64,000 nucleotides of DNA from Octopus sinensis (Eukaryota), in the NCBI RefSeq assembly GCF_006345805.1, contig NC_043013.1, forward strand, positions 15,128,001 through 15,192,000, read 5' to 3'. The notes beneath the pieces are model-generated. The model worked only from the letters and a program-made list of their open reading frames with translations, ran no database searches and had not been told where the DNA came from. Numbering within the stretch: the first letter of the stretch is position 1; every line of letters starts with the position of its first letter. This document shows positions 25,822-38,900 of the stretch, one piece after another. Made by a program: the position numbers and the translations under genes.

Positions 25822-26079
25822 CTTGAGAACAGTGGTCCCGGTGCGCGCACTCGCGCATCCGCGCTAGCTAGTCGTGACTAGTCGATCCTTACTTTGTGTT
25901 TTTGTGTGTTATTTACTTTGTGTTTTTGTGTTTTATTTACTTTGTTTAAAAATAATTATTTACTTGTGTAAAAAAATTATTTATTTTGTGTTATATTTAC
26001 TTTGCTAGGTAGTTGTTGTAGGATCGACTAGTCACAACTGGCTGGCGCGAGTGCGCGCACCGGGACCACTGTTCTCAAG
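25822..26079. mobile_element. MITE with GC-rich TIRs flanked by TA
   Basis: TA|cttgagaacagtggtcccggtgcgcgcactcgcgc ... gcgcgagtgcgcgcaccgggaccactgttctcaag|TA. Confidence 0.8.
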
Positions 26080-26557
26080 TAGTACCTTTCGTTGGTCTTT
26101 GGACTGCAGGAATTCGAGCGAAACCGCTAGACAAGCAATGTAATTTAGAGAGCTGTGTGTGCATCTATCTATCTATCTGTCTGCATACACGCACACAGAG
26201 GCAAACACACAAAAAAAAAAACACATACATTAATAGTATTTGTAAGTCCATCTCACCGCTAGATAAGCAGATCTGTGAATCTATATTTGTTGATTTTTTA
26301 ACTGTATGAAAAGAGCATATATATTTATGACCCTTAAGGGTTAGCCACATTTAGGTGGCAAATGATTTAGGTGCAGCTACTGAGATTTATCATTGCTTAT
26401 ATATATGATTTAAACGTTCATACATGTATATATCTTCATTTATTCATACACTTGTTCAATTAAAAGATCGTTCAAGTATCACATATCATGCATATGCATA
26501 ATAATATGCATATATATATATATGCATTATTATGCATAAGTATGTATATATATATGT

Positions 26558-28210
26558 ATATCATCATCATCATGTAACGTCCGCTTTCCATGCTAGCATG
26601 GGTTGGACGATTTTGACTGAAGGCTGCACAGACTCCAATCTTGATTTGGCAGAGTTTCTACAGCTGGATGCCCTTCCTAACGCCAACCACTCCGAGAGTG
26701 TAGTGGGTGCTTTTACGTGCCACCAGCACGGGGCCAGTCAGGCGATGCTGGTAACGATCACGCTCGAATAGTGTCTTTTACATGCCACCGGCACGGAGGC
26801 CAGATAGCCGCTTTGGCAACGATCACGCTCAGATGGTGCTCTTAATACCCTACTAGCACGGGGCTCGGGTGCCAGTAAGCGACGCTGGTAACGATTACGC
26901 TCGAATGGTACCTTTTAAGTGCCACTGGCACGGAAGCCGGTTAGCCGCTCTGTCAATGATCACACTCATATGGTGCTATTTGCACCCTGCTAGCACGGAC
27001 GCCAGTCATCAAATTTGATTTTGATTTCACTTGCCTCAACAGGTCTTCGCAAGCAGAGTTTTAGTGTCCAAAGAAGGAAAAGATATGCATAAGTGGACTG
27101 GTTATGCCCCTGGCATAAGCCATGAGATTATGGTCTCATTTGGCATATTTCCAAAAGTCTCAGTCGCTAGTCATTTCCTTGGTGAGGCCTAAAGTTCGAA
27201 GGTCGTGCTTCACTATTTCATCCCTGGTCTTCCTGGGTCTACCTCTTCCACAGGTTCCCTCAACCGCTAGGGTGTGACACTTTTTCACACGGCTATTCTC
27301 ATCCATTCACGCCACATGACCATACCAGTGCAGTCGTCTCTCTTGCACACCAATCCAATGCTTCTTAGATCCAACATTTCTCTCAAGGTATTTACACTCT
27401 GTTGAGTATTCACACTGACATTACACATCCATCGGATCATACTGACTTCATTCTTTGCGAGCTTATGCATGTCCTCAGCAGTCATGGCCCATGTTTCACT
27501 GCTATGTAGCATGGCTGTTCGTACACATGCATCATACAGTCTGCCTTTTACTCTGAGCGACAGGCCCTTTGTCACCTGCAGAGGTAAGAGCTCTCTGAAC
27601 TTTGCCCAAGCTATTCTTATTCTAGCAGCTACACTTTCAGTGCACCCTCCTCCGCTACTAACTTGGTCTGCTAGGTAACGGAAGCTATCAACTACTTCTA
27701 GTTTTCCTCCCTGGAATGTGGCGGAAGTTGCTCTCTGCGCATTTTCAGAGTTTATTGCTCCCGAGCATCTGCCACATACAAAAACTATCTTCCCAGTTAG
27801 CCTTCCTTTGATATTGCTGCACCTCTTATGTGTCCATATCTTACACTGGGTACATCTTATAGAGTTTCTACCTATGCCTCTACTACAGATCGAGCAGGGC
27901 CATCAACCTGAAGGGATTTGTGGCTTGCCTGCCTTCCTACTTATTAGGACTTTGGTTTTAGCTAGGTTGACTCTAAGGCCCTTCAATTCTAATCCTTGTC
28001 TCCACACTTGAAACTTCTCCTCTAGTTCTGATAGGGACTCAGCAATTAGAGCAAGGTCATCAGCATAGAGGAGTTCCCAAGGGCATCCTGTCTTGTATTC
28101 CTCCGTTATTGCCTGGAGGACTATGATAAATAGGAGGGGGCTGAGGACTGAACCCTGGTGGACCCCTACCTCTACCCTGAATTCTTTAGTGTACTCATTG
28201 CCATCTCGTC
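26558..28210 (-). mobile_element. 5'-truncated RTE-clade LINE (RT core, Cys-rich insert, 3' UTR, (GAT)n tail), decayed
   Basis: GVHQGSVLSPLLFIIV...WELLYADDLALIAES...GLRVNLAKTK, then an in-frame TGA, then LRVKGRLYDACVRTAMLHSSETW. Confidence 0.9.
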
Positions 28211-28659
28211 AGTTATCCGGCCATCGGAAAAATATATATGCATGTATGCATATATATGTATGTATATATATATATGTATACTCTTATACTTGTTTCAGTC
28301 ATTTGACTGTGGCCATGCTGGAGCACCGCCTTTAGTCGAGCAAATCGACCTCAGGACTTATTCTTTGGAAGCCTAATACTTCTATTGATCTCTTTTGCCG
28401 AACCGCTACGGGGACGTAAACACACCAGCATCGGTTGTCAAGCGATGTTGTGGGGACAAACATAGGCACACAAACATGTACACACACATGCATATATATA
28501 AATACATATATACAACGGGCTTCTTTTAGTTTTCGTCTACCAAATCCACTCATAAGGCTTTGGTCGACCAGAGGATATGGTAGAAGACACTTGCCCAAGG
28601 TGCCACGTAGTGGCACTCCTACGACTATATATGTGTATATGTATGGATATATGTATAGT

Positions 28660-28978
28660 GAAGGCACATGGCTCAGTGATTAGGGCGTTAAGCTTACGAT
28701 CGTGAGGTTGTGAGTTCAATTCCCGAACCGGACTGCGTGTTGTGTTCTTGAGCAAGACACTTTATTTCACGTTGCTTCAGTTCACTTAGCTGTAGAAAGG
28801 AGTTGCAATGTCACAGGTGCCAAGCTGTATCAGCTTTTGCCTTTCCCTTGGATAACACTGGTGGCATGGAGAGGGAGGCTGGTATGCATGGGTGACTGCT
28901 GGTCTTCCATAAGCAGCCTTGCCCGGACTTGTTGGAGGGTAACTTTATAGGTGCAATACCATGGTCATTCATGACCGC
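28660..28978 (+). mobile_element. tRNA-derived SINE, third family
   Basis: tRNA-like head (TGGCTCAGTG...GAGTTCAATTCC). Reverse copies at about 45150-45470 and 53270-53500. Confidence 0.75.
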
Positions 28979-29129
28979 AGGCAGATAAGGCAATTAGAAC
29001 TATTTCATTAATACTGTCTGAGAAAAATTGGGGGGATAAACTGGAAAATGGCCATTGGTAATGTGGAGGTGCTTGAGAGGAGTGGCAGTAGAAGTATAGA
29101 GTCAATGATTTTGCAAAGACGTTTGAGGG

Positions 29130-29390
29130 GGGGGGACATTTGGTAAGGATGAGTGATGAGCGACTGCCCAAGCAGCCATTGTATGATGAGCTGGAAGATG
29201 GCAGGAGACCAGCACATATGCCTAAACTAAGGTTTAAGGATTGCCTTAAAAATGCTCTAATACAGATAGGAATTGCAGCTGGTAATTGGAAGAGGGAGGC
29301 ACAAGACCGTGATGGTTGGAGGAAGATAGTGTATGATGGTTGTTCAAGGTTTGAGAGGGAGAGAGTGAAATATGAGAGAATGTATATATA
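29130..29390 (+). mobile_element. RTE LINE C-terminal fragment
   Basis: VRMSDERLPKQPLYDELEDGRRPAHMPKLRFKDCLK...WKREAQDRDGWR. Confidence 0.78.
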
Positions 29391-29900
29391 TATACACATA
29401 CATACATACGTACACACACACACATGCATGCACATACACACACACAGTGGACTTCCACATAGATTATCTCATTCACAAGACTTTGATAACCCTGGGGCTA
29501 TAATAGAAGACACGTATCTTAGACGTCGTGCAGTAGGATTAAACGCAAGCCTACATGTCATGCCTGTACATTGATATATTGAAAAACTCAATGATTGTGA
29601 GGTTAAGATACAAGACTACTAACCACTCTCTACAGTTTGTATGAATGTGACAAGCTAAAATCTCATCCTGGGTCCTGAATTTCAATTGAATGCAAATTCA
29701 CTTCTGAATGAAATAAAGAAGGCACCTGCCCTAGATGATGCAGTGGAACTGAACCTGAAACCATGCAGTTGGGAAGCAAGCTTCTTACCCACATACCCAT
29801 GTCTGTACTTATAATTGTGTTAAAGTTAAATGACAAAATCTGTTGATTTCTTAGAGGTTTGTTGGTTAATCAATTTGTTGTCTGTTTCTTTTCTGTAGAC

Positions 29901-29978
29901 ATGGAATCGGTCCAGAGTGAAGAGAAAAAACCAGCCAAGAAACGTGTGAAGGCTCTTTGTGTTAAAATAAAAGAACAG
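29901..29978 (+). CDS. LARP7: LARP7 first identified coding exon
   Basis: ctgtag|AC ATG ... GAA CAG|gtaata. Reads MESVQSEEKKPAKKRVKALCVKIKEQ. Confidence 0.85.
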
Positions 29979-32900
29979 GTAATACGTGTGGAACCTCTCC
30001 TAAATTACAAATTGCTACTGTGTAACTGGGTCAATGCCTGCTTTGGGCTGCTATCGTAGTTTAACCACAGGTCGGTCTAGATCCTGCAGAGGTATGGTCA
30101 TAAATGACACCAGCCTGTTTTCTTATTCAAACACAGTGTGTCTAGGACTACACTATATGATGTATCCTTCCTACCATTAGTTGTTCATCCTCAGGGCAAA
30201 CCAATTATGAAAGATGTTCCAACTATGAGAATCCTGTCTTTCATTCAAACACAGTATGTCTAGAACTACATTATCTAGTTTATCCTTCCTTTCTTTATAA
30301 CAATGTGATATGATTTATAGAAATTTAGCTGCTATTTCCAACAGATTTAGTGATGTGTCTTGTTTATGGTTTAACACCTAAGTAATCATAATAACTAATG
30401 ATGTTTGATATGTTTATATGTATATGTGTGTGTGTGTATTCAGGGTGAGCCAAAAGTCACTGAGGGGTTTTAATTTTTAATAACTCTCTTATTTTTACAA
30501 ACAGGCGTATGAAATTTTAATTCAATATAGAGGAGATAATGGAGAGTGATCTCTGTATATATAAACAGCAAAATGTCTGTCTGTGTGTGTGTGTATCCTT
30601 TATACAAATCCACAATTTTTCAGTTAGAGGGCTTTCATTTTCTATGGTCATTCAAAACCGTCCAAGGGTGGTCGTGCACATCTTTACATTTCCCCAGTCA
30701 CCCCTCAAAGCCATTAAAAAATCAATAGCAGTGACTTTTTTGTGAATTTTCTATCCAAAACCCAATCAAAATGCCCGAAACTTGATACGCCAATTGAATG
30801 CCAGCTAGCTGTATGTGATTGGTCGGAAACTTGGACAGTACTTGCGTGTATGTGTGCACACTCGCAGCTGTATATGCATGCACTAGCACTATGACCCGGC
30901 ATTGCCGGGTCATAGTGCTAGTCTGTATTAATCCTTTTTCATCATAACTCTGCATTATATATGAAAAGTATCTTTTAAATGATGTCCATTTTCAGCTCCA
31001 CACATCTGTGCCCTTTCCAAAATATGTTCCTTGATAGTTGTGTGTTTTTTCAAGGTCCATTTCCCTGATTTCTCTAGTGATATTCTCCTTCAAATTACTC
31101 CAGGGTTTCTGGTTTGTTGACATAAACCTTCCCCTTTGGGTACCCCAACAAGAAGAAGGTAGGGCTGGTTAAGTCTGGGGAATGCGATGACAGCAAGAAA
31201 TGATTCTTTCTCCAAAGCATAGCCTCAGCAACTGCCCTCTCTTGTGGTATGAGCAGTTGCCTCATTTTGCTGGAACCACACATCAGGCCTGTTTTGAATG
31301 GGATCAGTAAAATAAGTACCAGTTAAACACTGGGGTCTAAATAATTGACTTACCTACTCCCATGAATTTTCTAGTCTTGTGCCAAAATTTATGTTTGCAA
31401 AACTGTGGGTGTGTGTGTATACGGGGAGAGGGGTGAGAATGGTGTGGACTTGTCTATGATTTAATGCATCAGCATTCATAATACTAATAGATTGTTTTTG
31501 TATTTTTGTTGTTCTTTTTAACTTCAGATGGAGTTTTACTTCAGTAATTCAAATTTACACAAAGATCGTTTTTTCAAAAAGCAAATTGATAAAGACAAAG
31601 ATGGATGTAAGTTGAATTTTGTTTTTCTATTTGAATTTTTCTGCTTTTTACTCTCTCTTTGTTTCATTTTCATTTTAAACATTATAAGCCTTACAGAGGA
31701 GATGACATTTTCTCTCTCTCTCTCTCTCCTTCCCCTCCCCTCCCTCTCTCTCTATCTATCTATCTATACTTGCATAGCCATATAACTCTTCTGCTTCAAG
31801 ACATTTGTTTCTGCCCCTCTGTCATACTCTAATTTCTCATCGGCTGGCACAAAGCTACCTTCCCCCTCAGTTGGGGTGGTTTTTCTCTTGCAAGTTATTT
31901 GGTTACCTCACTGGTGCTGGTGCCATGTTAAAAGCACCCAGTACACTCTTTTAAATGGCAGGCATTAGGATGGGTATCCAGCCATAGAAACCATTTCCAA
32001 AGCAGACAGCTGAACTTGGTGCAGTCTTCAAACTTGCCTGCTCCTGTCAAACCGTCCAAACTATTCCCGCATGGAAAACAAGTGTAAAATGGTGATCGTG
32101 ATTCATTCAAATATCCGCTTTTCCATGCTTGCATGGTTCGAATGGAATTTGTTGAGGCAGATTTTCTACAGCCAGATGCTCTTGCTGTCCTCAACCCTTA
32201 CCTTCTTAGGAAGGTAATATTTCCCCATGGCCAGACATGTTTTGCAGAATATTGGAAATGAATGTCACTGCTTGTATCACAAGCATGTTTTCCAGGGAAG
32301 ACTGGAAACAAACAACCTCACTTATATCATGACAATACTCATTTACAATTATCATGGGATGTCTAGACAAAAGTACACACACACACACACACACACAATG
32401 GACTTCTTTTAGTTTCCGTCTACCAAATCCACTCACAAGATTTTGGTCAACCTTAGGCTGTAGTAGAAGGCACTTGCCCAAACTGCCATACAGTGAGATC
32501 GAACCCACGATCACATAGTTGGGAAGCAAGTTTCTTAACCATGCAATCACACCTGCACCTATGCTCCAAACAGCTAATTAGCAACAGAACAGTTATTTTG
32601 CTAAATCATTTAAAATTTTTAATTATTCTCCAAATTAATTGAAACATATAGACAGTCTATATCTTTAGAAATACATTTATAAAAAGGGTTAATAATCATT
32701 TGTAAATTAGACTAATTAATCATCATCATCGTTTAACGTCCGCTTTCCATGCTAGCATGGGTTGGACGATTTTGACTGAGGGCTAGCGAACCAGATGGCT
32801 GCACCAGGCTCCAATCTTGATTTGGCAGAGTTTCTACAGCTGGATGCCCTTCCTAATGCCAACCACTCCGAGAGTGTAGTGGGTGCTTTTTACGTGCCAG

Positions 32901-35900
32901 TCAGGCGGTACTGGCAACAACCTCGCTCAAATCTTTTTACACATGCCACCAGCACAGGTGACAGTAAGGCGACTTTAGTAACGATCACGCTTGAATGGTG
33001 CCCTTTTACATGCCACTGTCACGGAAGCCATTTGGCTGCTCTGGCAACAATCATGCTCAGATGGTCATCTTGGCACCCTACTAGCACGGGCACAAGTGCC
33101 AGTAAGGCGGCGCTGGTAACGATCACGCTCGAATGGTGCCTTTTAAGTGCCACTAGCATAGAAGCCGGTTAATACCTTTGTGATTAGAATTTTCCAGGTG
33201 ACATCAGTCTAAGGAATTAACTCATGCTTTTATTTTTTTTTCTTTGTTTTTCAGATATTGATTTGTCGTTATTTTTAACATTTAATCGTATCAAGTCCCA
33301 CACTGAAGACCTGACTGTCATACGTAAAGCATTGTCAACGTCTTCCATGCTGCAGGTGAGACTTTTCTTCAGGTTTGTCACTTTATCCATTTTTTACAAT
33401 ATATATTTGTATGTGTACAGGAAGGACCAAAATTCATCCACAAAATAAGTTCAGTGTGCTCTGGAATTGTCAAAGACATGCTTCAGTTTTTCTGAAATTG
33501 CTTGAAATAAATAAAATATTGATGAATACACAAGTACTTGTACACGATGAGCAAAATAAATAATAATAATTTTGACACAAGGCCAGCAATTTCAAGAAGG
33601 GGATAACTTGATTATATTGACCCCCAGTGCTCAACTGGTACTTATTTTATCGACCCCCAAAAGGATGATAAGCAAAGTTGACCTCAGCAGAATTTGAATT
33701 CAGAATAATCATCATCATCATCATTGTTTAACGTCCGTTTTCCATGCTAGCATGGGTTGGACGGTTCGACCGGGGTCTGGGAAGCCCGGAGGCTGCACCA
33801 GGCTCCAGTCTGATCTGGCAGTGTTTCTATGGCTGGACGCCCTTCCTGACGCCAAACACTCTGTGAGTGTAGTGGGTGCTTTTTATGTGCCACCGGCACA
33901 GGTGCCAAGGGAGGCTGAATCATAATACAGTATTATAAGTGCAATAAAAAACAAAAATGATGTCATATGCACTTGCTTCTACTTTGTACAGCATGGTGCA
34001 CAACTAAACGTCCTTGCTTATCTGTCAGCTGGATGTCTGCATTATGTTGTAACATTAGGTGTACATTGGACACAATTCCACGATGGCACACATAGTACAG
34101 AGGTGTTTCATCGAAGTCATTGCACATGTTTGGGTCAGCACCTGCCTCCAAAAGTAGGTAGATTATAGTCCAGTCACCTCCAAGAGATGCCTTGTATAAC
34201 GGCATCTGAGAATGCCAACCTGAAAACAGAACATTGTTTAAATAAATAAATTTAAATTGTTTAAATAAATAAATTATAATGAACTAGCACTATGACCCAG
34301 CGTTGCAGGGTCATAGTGCTAGTGCATGCATATACAGCTGTGTATGTGCGCACATACACGCAAGTACTGTCCAAGTTTCCGACCAATCACATACAGCTAG
34401 CTGGCATTCAACTGGCGTATCAAGTTTCGGGCATTTTGATTGGGTTTTGGATAGAAAATTCACAAAAAAGTCACTGCTATTGATTTTTTAATGGCTTTGA
34501 GGGGTGACTGGGGAAATGTAAAGATGTGCACGACCACCCTTGGACGGTTTTGAATGACCATAGAAAATGAAAGCCCTCTAACTGAAAAATTGTGGATTTG
34601 TATAAAGGATACACACACACACAGACAGACATTTTGCTGTTTATATATACAGAGATCACTCTCCATTATCTCCTCTATATTGAATTAAAATTTCATACGC
34701 CTGTTTGTAAAAATAAGAGAGTTATTAAAAATTAAAACCCCTCAGTGACTTTTGGCTCACCCTGAATACACACACACACACACATATACATATAAACATA
34801 TCATGGATTTGTATAAAGGACACACACACACAGACATTTTGCCGTTTATATATATAGAGATGAATGCATGCATGTGAAAATGAGTTGACAAAGGAATAAA
34901 CAATTATCTTATGAAGTCCATTAGCTTACATCTATTTCTGCTATGAGATGCAATGGACTCATAGTTAGGTGCCTGAGTAACACCTTACAGCTTCACACAC
35001 GCACTCATGTATTCATCAACCTCATCCTTTTTTTCTATTCTCTGACTATTTGTCTCCAGTTAAGTGAAGACCAGAACAGCGTACGTCGTGTCACTCCATA
35101 CACAGAGCCTAAAGATGTGGATGAGAGGACAGTTTATGTGGTGAGGCACAACATTCCCCTCTTATTCTTTCTTTTCTTTTTTCCTCTGTAATTATCTTTT
35201 TGCTGCCATTTTTCAATAATCTCGGCTTCTCATATAATGAACCCTATCGTTGTTTTGCAGAATATTGGAAATGAATGTCGCTGCTTGTATCGCAATGGCA
35301 TTTGTTTACAATTATCGCATGATGTCAAAATAAGGAGACAAAAGCTTACAGGCACACATACACACGATGGGCTTCCACACAGTTTCCATTTACCAATTCT
35401 ACACGCAATATTTTGTTTGAACTGGGTCTATAGTAGAAGACACTCGCCCAAGGTGCATGTAGTGGGATTGAATTTGAAACTCTGGTTCTTAATTACACAC
35501 CATGCACGTGCCTATGAAAAATGTCAATTAAATCAACTCTGGTACTTTGTTTATCAAACCAAGTGGAAGGAAAAATAAAGTTGACCTCAACCAAATTTGA
35601 ACTCAGAATGTAAAGAACCAGAAGAATTGTCACAAGGCATTTTGTCTGATGCTCAAAGGATTTGATAAGCTTGTTACCTTGCCAGTTTTCTGATTTTGTG
35701 AACTTAAGGTTTCTAAATATATCACAAGAGCACAAAGAAAATGTGGAACTATGCAATTCCAAAGCTAACGCCTTGCCTTCGTTCATAGCCGGGCACACCG
35801 TCACCCATCTTCTTCCATGTGATATATATATATATGGGAGAGAGTGATAAGTAGGTAGGTTATTGAGTAGTGGTGATGGCAGAGCAAACACAGGCACAAA

Positions 35901-38900
35901 GACACACACACACATACATATGATGGGCATCGACACAATTTCCGTCTACCAAATTCATCACAAGGCATTGGTCAACCCAAGAGTACACTTGCCCAAGGTG
36001 CGATATATTGGGGGCTGAACCTGAAACCATCTGGTTGCAATGTGAGTTCCTTAATGATCCCAAGTTTAGTTGAAGTTTGTAAAATAAGTCATAGTGACTC
36101 ATCTGGGAGCACTACTATATTTGAGAAACATCTAGAGAAACACTTAAAAAAAAAGAGTAATTTTAATATTTTTACCTTTTGCTCAATTTACCTGGATTTA
36201 CCTGTAATTAAAGTCACTATGAGACAAAAGTTATGCAATAGAATTGATTAAGAACCCTTTCTTTAATTATGTTCCAAATATCACTTTAATATGTTGATAA
36301 GTAAAAAAAGTTACAGTTATTTAATGAAACAAGCCTAAATTCATGATTATTTTAGAATTTAATTGAAACTCATGAGGGGTGTATTTTGGTCAGAAATATA
36401 GTAGTGAAAGGGTTAATCACACAGCTCTACCTCCATAAATGGTAAAAAGAAGAAGGAAATTGTTCTATCAACTCTATTGTTTCTTTGTAAAATATAACAA
36501 TACCATAATTGTTAAATGTTGATTCCAATATTTTCAGGAATTGCTGCCAGCCAACGCTGACCATGACTGGCTGAAGAAAGTGTTTTCCTCCTGTGGGATG
36601 GTCACTTATGTTAGTCTTCCACGCTATAAGTCCACTGGAGATCTCAAACAGTTTGCATTTGTTGAATTTGAAACCATTAAAGGTGCACAAAGAGCTTGTA
36701 AAGTGAGTCTATCTTTCTTTTATCTTTCTTTGCTTCATTTTTTTTTTCTTGTGTTCTTCATTGCTTTCTAAAAACCTTCCATCATCTTTAAGTCAGTGAA
36801 AAATAAGAACCAAGTAACCCTTTCATCACCAACCCGGCTGAAACATTTGAGTACAAATGTCTTGTTTTCATAAACTTTGAATTAAAATCTTCCACCAAAC
36901 TTTAGTCACAATTTATGTTCCTAACACTAGCTGAATGATAACTAAGTTATTTTACTAAATTCTTTGTTATTATTAAAGTAATTGAAAGAAACACAGAGCA
37001 TCTCAAAATGAATACAGTAACAAAGGGGTTAAATATTGGAGGAGGGTTCAACTTAGGAAAATTTATTTACCTTGTGCAAAACTAAGAAATCCTACTTCGA
37101 TAAAGTAGTGGTTCTCAACTATTTTTTTACCTATGGATCCTTTTGATTCCTGTTTCACTTGGGTGGACCCGCATAGCCATTTGAGGTTTATAAAATCCTG
37201 TTATGTCTTTATTACTAAATATTACTAAGAATTCTTTTTCTTTATTCTTTTATTCTGTTACTTGTTTCAGTCATTTGACTGCGGCCATGCTGGAGCACCG
37301 CCTTTAGTCGAGCAAATCGACCCATGGCGTATGTGTTCCCCAGCTGGATGGGATGCCAGTCCATCACAGTGTTACTCATTTTTGCCAGCTGAGTGGACTG
37401 GAGCAACGTGAAATGAAGTGTTTTGCTCAAGAACACAACACATTGCCCGGTCCAGGAATCGAAACCACAATCTTACGATCATGGTGCTGACACCCTGACC
37501 ACTAAGCCACGCGACTCCACAACGATGATGATACTCAACATAACATATTTGGCACTGCTTACTTTCAGGTGGTTAATCAGATATTCAGCTTGTTAATCAT
37601 CATCATCATCATCGTTTAATGTCCGCTTTCCATGCTAGCATGGGTTGGACGATTTGACTGAGGTCTGGTGAACCAGATGGCTGCACCAGGCTCCAATCTT
37701 GATTTGGCAGTTTCTACAACTTGATGGCCTTCCTAACGCCAACCACTCCGAGAGTGTAGTGGGTGCTTTTACGTACCACCTGCACAGGAGTCAGTCCATC
37801 AGCACTGGCAACGACCTCACTCGAATGTTTTTTCATATGCCACCAGCACAAGTGCCAGTAAGGTGACGCTGGTAATGATCACGCTTGAATGGTGCTTTTT
37901 ACGTTCCGCCGGCATGGAAGCCACTCCAGCGGCACTGGCAACAATCCGCTGAGATGGTACTCTTTGTATATATGTATCTGCATTTATATGTGTGTGTGTG
38001 TGTGTGTGAGTGTTATTTGTTTTGTTAATACAGAAAAATGGATATAAAATACGGAATATGAAGTTGCTTTTGTTGTCAATTTGTTGCAGGAATTAAATCA
38101 ACCCCCCATTGAAACTACCAGTAAACCTGGAAAATTCCCCAAGAATAACAAAGCTTTCAACCAGCTGAAGAAGAAAGTTCAGACAGAAGGTAAGCAGATG
38201 GTTTTGATTTGGCTCTCTGTATAGTATCATTGGCATCGTCAGTATCATACTCTCTTTTACTTGTTTCAGTCATTTGACTGTGGCCATGCTGGAGCACCAC
38301 CTTTAGTCGAGCAAATCGACCCCAGGACTTATTCTATCGGTCTCTTTTGCCAAACTGCTTAGTTACAGAGACGTAAACACGCCAGCATCGGTTGTCAAAC
38401 GATGTTGGGGGGACAAACACAGACACACAAACATATATACACACATACATATATATGACGGGCTTCTTTCAGTTTCCGTCTACCAAATCCACTCACAAGG
38501 CTTTGGTCAACCCGAGGCTATAGTAGAAGACACTTGCCCAAGGTGCCATGCAGTGGGACTGAACCCGGAACCATGTGGTTGGTAAGCAAGCTACTTACCA
38601 CACAGCCACTCCTATGCCTTTTCATCATTGTTATCATTGTCATCATCTTAATCGCAATCATTATTCTCATCATCATCAGTAGCAGCAGCATTCTCACCCT
38701 TCTCATCCTCATCGCCATCCCCTTCCTCCTCCTCAGTTTGACACTCACTTTTTGTCCTTCATTGTATGGATCAGACAGAATTCAATGAAACAAATTTTCA
38801 AATATCCCTCAAATCACAACCTGATATCTTAAACACGAGAAAAGGGAAGACTCTTTGTTTACTGTAGTCCTAGATACACTTGTTTTTTTCTGAAAACAGG

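Noticed and set aside
30539-30745. Identical 68-aa ORFs at 30539 (+) and 34460 (-) as duplicated genes
   Set aside because: Chance ORFs inside the duplicated non-autonomous element.
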